Part shown: positions 20,551-26,959 of the stretch, one piece after another | Layout of the letters: every line of letters starts with the position of its first letter | Position numbering within the stretch: the stretch's first letter is position 1 | Source of the DNA: an uncultured Planctomycetaceae bacterium | Lineage (GTDB): Bacteria; Planctomycetota; UBA8742; UBA2392 | Assembly: GCA_964652605.1 (NCBI GenBank) | Contig: CAZZBH010000003.1 | Span: 7,800 to 71,799 of the forward strand | Direction: 5' to 3' | Length of the DNA: 64,000 nt | Position numbers and translations under genes: made by a program | Notes under the pieces: model-generated | Told to the model about the DNA's origin: nothing | Database searches by the model: none | Seen by the model: the letters and a program-made list of their open reading frames with translations, nothing else

Positions 20551-20712
20551 GGCTGCGCTGAGCCGGTGCTGGACACACTCCCCCGACATGACCGAATGGC
20601 GGCGTGTCAGCAACTTTCGCAGCGTGTGACTGAAATGTGACACAAGTATGGGCGGGCGATGACATTCACGGAATAGATTGCCTTTCGGTAATTGCTAACG
20701 CGAGAGCGGGCC

Positions 20713-21624
20713 ATGGCGTTCACTAATGCCAATCTGTTGATGAATCACCCGACCGCGCGGTGGTTGATTGAGAAAGATCCGACCATCCTGCAGATTGCCC
20801 GCGTCATGCCATTCCTCGGCATTGACGGGGATTCGATCAGGTACGCGCGCCGCACCACCGAATTGACCAACGCCGCGATTGTCAACGACGGCGCGGCGGC
20901 AATCGACAATTCCGGCGCGGCCGAGGACATCGAATTCGGATTGAACGAGTTCATCTCGACCTACAAGATCAAGGTCGCCGACCTGGACCGCTACGACAGG
21001 TCGGACGCGGCCCAATACGCCCTGGCGCTGCGCGCTGACTTGTACGGCTACTTCGCATGGCTGGACACTGTCCTGCCCAGCCTCGGTATCCAGACGAATT
21101 TGAGCAGCGCGCCACTGACGCTCGACACGATGGACGCCGCCTATCACGAGGTCCGCGCCAATGACGGCCGTCCGACGATTATCATGACTTCTACGCGCAT
21201 TCTTCTCTGGTACAACAAACTGTGCCGCGCCACGAACTACGAGCCGCCGATGGTGCCATGGCAGTGGTATGATCCGGCGGTGGGGCAGATGGTGTCTGGC
21301 TTCGCGCCGGCGTTCAACGGAACGCCGATCTTGATCAACGACAAACTGGCAAGCGGGAGTTCCGAAACCGCCGAGGATCAGCGCATCTACTTCATGGTAC
21401 TCGGCGACGACGGCAAAGCCGGCCCCACACGCGGCGTGACAGGCATCGTGCCGGAGAGGCTGAAGGGCACCATGTTCGTGAAACGGACGACCATGGGCGA
21501 TTGGTCAAGTGGGGTGGAGGAGCCGAACACCATCGCAACCACATGGGTAAGCTGGCCAGTCGGGATAGCGGTTGGCGCGGAGCGGGCACTAAGCGTCCTG
21601 ACCAACTTCAGCGCGCCGGAATAG
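20713..21624 (+). CDS. HK97-fold major-capsid / encapsulin-like shell protein (orphan)
   Basis: 303 aa from ATG 20713. Segment order resembles HK97-type capsids: SIRYARRTTELTNAAIVNDGAAAIDNSG...ISTYKIKVADLDR (compare HK97 gp5 ALEYVREEVFTNNADVVAEKALKPES, recalled from memory), TIIMTSTRILLWYNKL, FNGTPILINDKL (compare MWGLPVVPTKA), RIYFMVLGDD. No HMM was run. Confidence 0.45.
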   Translation: MAFTNANLLMNHPTARWLIEKDPTILQIARVMPFLGIDGDSIRYARRTTELTNAAIVNDGAAAIDNSGAAEDIEFGLNEFISTYKIKVADLDRYDRSDAAQYALALRADLYGYFAWLDTVLPSLGIQTNLSSAPLTLDTMDAAYHEVRANDGRPTIIMTSTRILLWYNKLCRATNYEPPMVPWQWYDPAVGQMVSGFAPAFNGTPILINDKLASGSSETAEDQRIYFMVLGDDGKAGPTRGVTGIVPERLKGTMFVKRTTMGDWSSGVEEPNTIATTWVSWPVGIAVGAERALSVLTNFSAPE

Positions 21625-21739
21625 AAAGCAGGAGACGGAGAAGGGAACAAGAGCCCGGAGCGCCAGCGACGGGAAGAGCGACAAGGCAACAAGGGATGTT
21701 CGGGAAGGCGCAAGCAAGCGCCCAACGCAAGGAGCCGCC
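21625..21739 (+). promoter_or_regulatory. purine-rich, GGA-dense intercistronic spacer
   Basis: The 115-nt spacer is overwhelmingly A/G on the coding strand and holds 7 GGA triplets. The last one lies in the AAGGAG Shine-Dalgarno sequence 6-7 nt before ATG 21740. Confidence 0.25.
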
Positions 21740-21952
21740 ATGGCCTGCGGATGCGGAGGACAGAAAATCGTAGTACCGCAAAGCACAGCCGCCAACGGGC
21801 CGCCGCTGGACTTTTCCACTATGCCCCGGGTCAGCCAATCAAAGGCCGACCCGGCAGTGGCGGCAACCAACAACGCGCGCGCGAAAACAGGCGCTCGCCG
21901 GCCTTGCACGTACCTCGCAAACACCTGGGCGCCCATCCCCGGCGCGTGTTGA
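21740..21952 (+). CDS. small Cys-bearing protein (70 aa), unknown
   Basis: AAGGAG SD upstream. Sequence MACGCGG...RRPCTYLANTWAPIPGAC has four Cys, at the extreme N- and C-termini. An alternative overlapping frame exists (21751..21969), so the call is tentative. Confidence 0.4.
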   Translation: MACGCGGQKIVVPQSTAANGPPLDFSTMPRVSQSKADPAVAATNNARAKTGARRPCTYLANTWAPIPGAC

Positions 21953-21972
21953 GCGCAACAGAGGACTGAACC

Positions 21973-22587
21973 ATGGTCGCAGGCTATCCCGGAACTCCAG
22001 TACCAGCGTACACCCACCCCGGCGCGTGGTGCGGTGTGCTGGCCGGCGATCCGTGCCGCGTCGTCTGCTATGCGGGCGAACGGGGTGAGTCTGCTCCGGC
22101 GGGAACCAAGTGGGTGTTTGGCGCGACCCCGGGCTATCACACCCTCGGCCCACCCGACAACTTTGCGCAATTGGTGGGTTCTTTTCCCTGCCCTCCGCAG
22201 TGCTGTGGAGTAGCGGGAGGCGGTCAACCGCCCTCCGGACCGCCGGTGGATGAGCCCGTTGTTCCGGAGGAAGGCGAGGACATCCCGACCAGCGATTATC
22301 CCGTGGACGACCCGGTACAAGGTCCAGGGCCTGGCCCATTGCCGCCGGGGCCGATCCCGCTGCCCGACCCGTTTCCGGAGCCTGTGCCGCCTCAGGGTGG
22401 CGGCGAGTATTCGGACTTTCCGTTCGCCAGCCTCGACCCGTGGGACTGGCCGGGCGGAAGCGGGCACGGGTCGCCAGGCGGACAGGAACCCATGCCAGCA
22501 AGCGGCGCGGGCGCGGTCTTTCTGCCGGACGTAACACCCACGGACACAGACCGGCTTGGCGAAGGCGCGCTTTCTCCACAAGGGTAA
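21973..22587 (+). CDS. Cys-cluster N-domain plus proline/acidic-rich disordered protein (204 aa)
   Basis: GAGGA lies 8 nt upstream of the ATG. N-half has WCGVLAGDPCRVVCYAG...FPCPPQCCG. C-half is PPSGPPVDEPVVPEEGEDIPTSDYPVDDPVQGPGPGPLPPGPIPLPDPFPEPVPPQ. Confidence 0.45.
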   Translation: MVAGYPGTPVPAYTHPGAWCGVLAGDPCRVVCYAGERGESAPAGTKWVFGATPGYHTLGPPDNFAQLVGSFPCPPQCCGVAGGGQPPSGPPVDEPVVPEEGEDIPTSDYPVDDPVQGPGPGPLPPGPIPLPDPFPEPVPPQGGGEYSDFPFASLDPWDWPGGSGHGSPGGQEPMPASGAGAVFLPDVTPTDTDRLGEGALSPQG

Positions 22588-22597
22588 CGGAACCGCA

Positions 22598-24229
22598 ATG
22601 GCGAACCCGAACTGCCAATGCCAACTGATCGTCTGGGGTCCGGCAGCCGACCTGAAGTTTGAGCCCGACATCGATCCCGGAGAGCCCCAGAAGCTGGTTC
22701 GCGCGTCGTTCCGCGAAATCTTTGTAGCCGTTGGTGGCGCACAGCAGTACAACGGCAGAATCACGTTGGTTCCCAAAGGGAATCAACCCTCGCCACCAGG
22801 TCGGTGGTCACTCGAAACACTGAGCCGAATGGGTCAAGCCAAACCCCTCCTTGAGTTCCGCGAGATCGATGTCTTGCCAATGTTCACGGGGAAAGCCCCA
22901 GTAATGGGTCCTTGGAACACCACGCTGATCGGCCCGGAAACCACTTGCGATACCTACCATCGTTTCCAGTTCCGCGCACCCCAAAATATTGAGCCAAACC
23001 ATCCCGACGACCCCTTCGACTTCTACCGGATCCGCCTCAAATGGCCTCACGACGTACCTGATCGCGACGCGGCAATTTGCATCGTAAGCGCCAAAGTGCT
23101 GCGCATGCGCGAGTCGCTGCCCGATGAGGATGAAGGGATAATCATTGTAGGCGTTGAAGATGAGGATGAGCGACGGAAGCGCAGGACGACATTTCTAAAC
23201 ATGGTAAATCCCGGTGGGGGTCTCGACAACTTGCCAATCGCCGGATTCATCAACGATGGGTTCGATCCAGATTGTGCGTATCAGAAACTGAACCAAGCCC
23301 AGAAGGACAAGCTCCACGTGCTGCATAAGGCGGGCTGGAGATTCGCCACCAAGGACGACGGTTCTACTTCCTACGGTGGCCTTGATATGGGCGGCAGAGA
23401 TGTCAGCAACATTGACGTCGAGATTGAGGATTCAGATTGGTCCGAACGGATGGCAAGCGGTGAAGATGTTCAATGGATCGACGACCGGTGGGGCGTCGAT
23501 TTCGACAACAAGATGCTCTACATCGACGCCGGAGACTGCGATACGGGAGCTACCATAGTTGGCGAGTTGCTAAAGAAGATGAAGGAGCCTGTGGCGGGAG
23601 GCATTGATAAGACGGACTTTCATGCTGGTATGGACAAATGGGCGCAGTTTGGCGGCGGCTTGGGAGACATCCAAGACCTGCTAAGCGCTGGCATCGTTGA
23701 CCAGAGGCGATGGAGTCAAGTTGGCTATCTAAACAAGGAAAAAATTCTGGGTGCATTGCAGAGCGGCATAGTAGAAGTTGCGGGTAGTTTTGTGCTGACA
23801 GCAGGATTTGGTGCGCTCGGACAAGTATTGAAGCTTTTCAAAATTGCAAAGGCCATGCGATCAATGCGTGGAGTCCTTGCTGGCAAAAGACTTGATGCTG
23901 GGCTATTTGCTCAAAAGACGTTCTCGCCGACCTTTGCTGAAAAGGGACTGCTACAGGGTGCAAAATTTGACGATGTAGTCAAAGCACTAAAAAATGGTAA
24001 TCTGAAAGTGGATGCCATGGGAATAGATTACATTACTAAAGCTGGGAGAACTTATATTGTGAACACCAGGTCAGCCATGGCCCTGCAGCGAGCTGGTATT
24101 AGCAGATCACAATGGAAAGTGTTGAATCGAACCGGAATGAAAGTGTATGAGGACAGGGTTGCCGCGCAGCTAGCGAGGAATGGTATGAAATGGGGAGACG
24201 GGGTAGCGGACCCTGCAATGGCGAAATGA
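22598..24229 (+). CDS. large modular protein with low-GC C-terminal cassette (polymorphic-toxin-like architecture)
   Basis: 543 aa from ATG 22598, 11 nt after the preceding stop. Contains a hydrophobic segment GIVEVAGSFVLTAGFGALGQVL. The C-terminal ~120 aa (GIDYITKAGRTYIVNTRSAMALQRAGISRSQWKVLNRTG) is encoded by DNA of about 38% G+C (45/120 at 23941-24060). Confidence 0.5.
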   Translation: MANPNCQCQLIVWGPAADLKFEPDIDPGEPQKLVRASFREIFVAVGGAQQYNGRITLVPKGNQPSPPGRWSLETLSRMGQAKPLLEFREIDVLPMFTGKAPVMGPWNTTLIGPETTCDTYHRFQFRAPQNIEPNHPDDPFDFYRIRLKWPHDVPDRDAAICIVSAKVLRMRESLPDEDEGIIIVGVEDEDERRKRRTTFLNMVNPGGGLDNLPIAGFINDGFDPDCAYQKLNQAQKDKLHVLHKAGWRFATKDDGSTSYGGLDMGGRDVSNIDVEIEDSDWSERMASGEDVQWIDDRWGVDFDNKMLYIDAGDCDTGATIVGELLKKMKEPVAGGIDKTDFHAGMDKWAQFGGGLGDIQDLLSAGIVDQRRWSQVGYLNKEKILGALQSGIVEVAGSFVLTAGFGALGQVLKLFKIAKAMRSMRGVLAGKRLDAGLFAQKTFSPTFAEKGLLQGAKFDDVVKALKNGNLKVDAMGIDYITKAGRTYIVNTRSAMALQRAGISRSQWKVLNRTGMKVYEDRVAAQLARNGMKWGDGVADPAMAK

Positions 24230-24753
24230 TCTACGTACTCAATGGTCGAGAGCGATTGCTACTTCGGTCGGATGTGCCTCAACCGCTGGAGGGAGCACCA
24301 CACCCGCTATTTATTTCGGACGAGAGGAGATTATTTCTTGCATATTTTGCTGAGGACGACGATGTTTCAATTGTTAATGATGGAGCGGTGAGTGAACCGC
24401 GCCTTGTCGAGCCGAACTCTGTTGACGATTTGGTTGCTGTCTGCGTGATGGAGTACTACTCCATGCATGCGGCACCGTTCGACTGGGAATCCCTTGCTGG
24501 ACATCCGCTTAGGGACAAGGGCCTCAACGTTTGCAACGTTTTTGAACTTCAGGCATCGAGTTGGATTGCCGACGTCGCACCACCTGACAAGGGCCTGCTG
24601 AACCCCCGCAAGTTTGAGCGCTGGAAGCATGTGATGTTTGTGTTCAATGATTCTATAATCGATATTATCGGGAGGAATCTTAGCTTCCAGGCTTCTAGAA
24701 CTGGTTCTAGGGAGGCAGTATTGCGCGAATTCTTCCGGAGTCGCAGTAGTTGA
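24226..24753 (+). CDS. immunity-like protein, translationally coupled to the preceding gene
   Basis: ATGA start/stop overlap at 24226-24229. 175 aa with G+C about 43% (26/60 at 24301-24360). Motif block GHPLRDKGLNVCNVFELQASSWIADV...FERWKHVMFVFNDSIIDIIG. Confidence 0.5.
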   Translation: MIYVLNGRERLLLRSDVPQPLEGAPHPLFISDERRLFLAYFAEDDDVSIVNDGAVSEPRLVEPNSVDDLVAVCVMEYYSMHAAPFDWESLAGHPLRDKGLNVCNVFELQASSWIADVAPPDKGLLNPRKFERWKHVMFVFNDSIIDIIGRNLSFQASRTGSREAVLREFFRSRSS

Positions 24754-24793
24754 GCATGAAGCAGGTCGGATCGAGAATGGTGGCAATGCTGAT

Positions 24794-25366
24794 GTGGTAG
24801 ATGCCTTTGGAGATTGTCCGGGCGGCACTTCTGCGGGCGTAGCCGCTGGCGGATTCGGTGGTTTCGGTTGCAACGGAAACGGAGGGCGCGGCGGGGACGC
24901 GACGGCAAGCGCCGCGCCGGAGATGACTGAGTCGATAGATCCGAAGGACTTTCCTGTCGAGTATTTGACCAGCAAGTTTGCCTTCGGCGGGGGCGGTGGC
25001 TACGGCATCGTCAAGGACACAAGTGCGCCGGATGGGCAGGGGGGTACGGGCGGCGACGCGATCATCCGCTTTGGTGCGCCCAGTACTACGCTGGATACTC
25101 GACACCGGCGCGCGATTGGAGGGTATGGAGGATTCGGCACGAACGCGGGAGGAGTTGGCGGTAGCGCCATCTGGGAACCCGAGAAGTACGGCGTTGACGC
25201 TCGCGGGAACGGGGGGCCGGGTGGCCAGAACAGCGTTCCGGGTGCAGTGCCAACTCACGGCACGCGGACGCCAGCGGCAGCCGCAAACGCCACACTAGTC
25301 AACCCGCCTATCCCCCAAGGTGGCGTCCCGGCTTGGAACGTGAATCAAAAGTACAGGTGTAGCTGA
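24794..25366 (+). CDS. glycine-rich protein (possible fragment)
   Basis: GTG start with no SD. Motifs GGFGGFGCNGNGGRGGD, FGGGGGYG, GQGGTGGDAIIRFG, GGYGGFGTNAGGVGGSAI. This composition is reminiscent of glycine-rich phage tail-fibre-type proteins. Start is uncertain. Confidence 0.35.
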   Translation: MVDAFGDCPGGTSAGVAAGGFGGFGCNGNGGRGGDATASAAPEMTESIDPKDFPVEYLTSKFAFGGGGGYGIVKDTSAPDGQGGTGGDAIIRFGAPSTTLDTRHRRAIGGYGGFGTNAGGVGGSAIWEPEKYGVDARGNGGPGGQNSVPGAVPTHGTRTPAAAANATLVNPPIPQGGVPAWNVNQKYRCS

Positions 25367-26877
25367 TGTTATCAAGGACGCGCATAGCACTTGTCCTGGC
25401 GGTGTTCATGATAAGTCTCGGTGTGGGAGGCGGCTTACTAATTAGACACAGATCGGTCCATGACTCCAATCAACCGAAGTCACTTCCACTGCGACTTTCA
25501 CAAGGGTCTTCAAGCAACGGCGAGGGCGACATTCAGTCGTCCGGGTCGCGCAGCAATGCAAGTAGTGAGGCTGACGCAGCGGCAATGCCGCCTCTGACCA
25601 ACTACCTCAGAATCAAATGCTTTCCGGAGCATGCGACGCGATCCGGCTTTTCAGTAGCACTAGCAGACGACCTGACGGTGACCGCGTCTGACGGCACCAG
25701 CAACTTGCGTTTATCGCAGCTTTTCGAGGCACCCGTTGCGTTGGTTGTGAAGGACCCACTTCCTGAACGAGTGGCGTTTCAATTGTGGCACGACATGGTT
25801 GACGAAGTGGTCTATTCCGGGCAGGCTGCCGCGCGAGAGGAGGGACTGTGCCGGTATTGGGATATTGTGATTCCTGCGGTCGCGGCAAGTATTACGATTG
25901 ATTTACCGGACGTTGAGGGGACAGTAGAAATAGGCTTTTATGGTTCTCCGAAATGGCGCGACGGCAACTACCCTTTTGGCGGCGAGATTGCATGCAGAGT
26001 GGAGAGGTGTACTACTATGACCGCTTGGTTGTTGCCGTGGACATACTGGTTAGGTGGCAACGACCTCGACGTCAAATGGCCGGACCCACCCTCTGACAGG
26101 CCGTCATACCTAGAAACGCAGTTTGAGTTCGATTCTGACTCAGTCGACTTGCGATTCGGCAGGTACGTGAGAATAGGGCTCACCATAACGCGGGTTGAAA
26201 CGTGGCGGCCAATCAACACGCTTGGGAGGAGAGTGACCGCTGCGTATGTGCGCGATGGTATTGGGCACGGCTCGGTTATCCCCTATGAGGACGATGGTCC
26301 CCATGAGATTAGCCTTGAGCAGGTTAGTCGGCCAAGCGATAATGAACGGTACGAGGGTAGGCGAGTATTGTATCACCAATCAGGTGATTGGGCAGTCACT
26401 GTGTCGGGAGATGTGTGGTTTCGTGAGCCAGAGTCGTGGCATACACCCTCCATCGCTGTACTTGAATTTGAAGATGGCGGGTTTTCCATCGTTCGCCGAA
26501 CGGAGCCGCTTGGCGAGGATGTCACGGAGCTGGTTGTTCCCGGAACGCCGGGGGATGGCGGCACCGTGGAGTTTAAAGTCTCCGCGCCGGATCACGCGGA
26601 GGGCCTGTCGCTGGAGTGCCATGTCCGGCTCCCGCAATGGGAGGCCGACGAGATTTTCTATTACATCAAAGATGTGGCGTTGCCGTCCAATGGCACTTCT
26701 ACAATCCGGATACCCTACGGGGCTGAGCTATGGATTACGGAGTTCAACTTCTCAAAGGAAGCCAACCTTGAGGTTGTTGAACCGAAGAGAGACGCCCGCA
26801 GGCGAAGTTCACGTTGGAGACAACCTTTTCGAGCGGGCGACACCGCAACCATCAAACTTGCAGATCGGAACGGCTAA
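25366..26877 (+). CDS. N-terminally membrane-anchored beta-rich protein, unknown
   Basis: TGATG stop/start overlap at 25364-25368. TM anchor IALVLAVFMISLGVGGGLLI. 503 aa with G+C about 48% in the sampled line 25921-25980. Confidence 0.55.
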   Translation: MLSRTRIALVLAVFMISLGVGGGLLIRHRSVHDSNQPKSLPLRLSQGSSSNGEGDIQSSGSRSNASSEADAAAMPPLTNYLRIKCFPEHATRSGFSVALADDLTVTASDGTSNLRLSQLFEAPVALVVKDPLPERVAFQLWHDMVDEVVYSGQAAAREEGLCRYWDIVIPAVAASITIDLPDVEGTVEIGFYGSPKWRDGNYPFGGEIACRVERCTTMTAWLLPWTYWLGGNDLDVKWPDPPSDRPSYLETQFEFDSDSVDLRFGRYVRIGLTITRVETWRPINTLGRRVTAAYVRDGIGHGSVIPYEDDGPHEISLEQVSRPSDNERYEGRRVLYHQSGDWAVTVSGDVWFREPESWHTPSIAVLEFEDGGFSIVRRTEPLGEDVTELVVPGTPGDGGTVEFKVSAPDHAEGLSLECHVRLPQWEADEIFYYIKDVALPSNGTSTIRIPYGAELWITEFNFSKEANLEVVEPKRDARRRSSRWRQPFRAGDTATIKLADRNG

Positions 26878-26959
26878 CGCTTCAAAGTGGCCGGCCTTGA
26901 AACGCCATTGGCGAGACGCCAAGGACACATCAGCGTGCGTTGGATGTGGCCTGGTGGGC

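Noticed and set aside
20604-20641. Direct TGTGAC repeats 11 bp apart (20625-20630 and 20636-20641) plus GTGTCAG at 20604, upstream of the capsid-like gene, considered as a CRP/FNR-type operator.
   Set aside because: The repeats are direct, not the inverted TGTGA-N6-TCACA arrangement. No adjacent -10 or -35 could be placed. It is kept only as a weak candidate regulatory site.
21890-21952. The C-terminal TYLANTWAPIPGAC of the 70-aa protein is faintly similar to the LARLANEFF-type cargo-loading motif I recall for Family 2A encapsulin cargo.
   Set aside because: Only L-A-N plus an aromatic residue match. The motif is recalled from memory, and three or four residues are not evidence.
21622-21969. 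The frame of the capsid-like gene stays open for 115 codons past its TAG, giving a very basic Arg/Lys-rich extension. This suggests stop-codon read-through producing a nucleic-acid-binding capsid tail.
   Set aside because: There is no read-through context or recoding signal that I can identify. A 345-nt open frame is expected by chance at this G+C. The basic composition is what a purine- and GC-rich region gives out of frame. It is worth only a proteomics glance.
21589-22786. Two long minus-strand ORFs (395 and 315 aa) across the small-protein region of the island.
   Set aside because: The products are Arg/Pro/Ala-rich and featureless. The plus-strand ORFs have Shine-Dalgarno sequences and operon-like spacing. 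However, coding assignment in 21.6-22.6 kb remains the least secure part of the island.
20551-26877. Interpretation of the island as a complete or recently active prophage.
   Set aside because: No integrase, terminase, portal, protease, tail-tube, lysis or repressor genes are recognisable. No flanking direct repeats or tRNA were found by eye. A decayed phage origin for parts of it (capsid-like and Gly-rich genes) remains possible.
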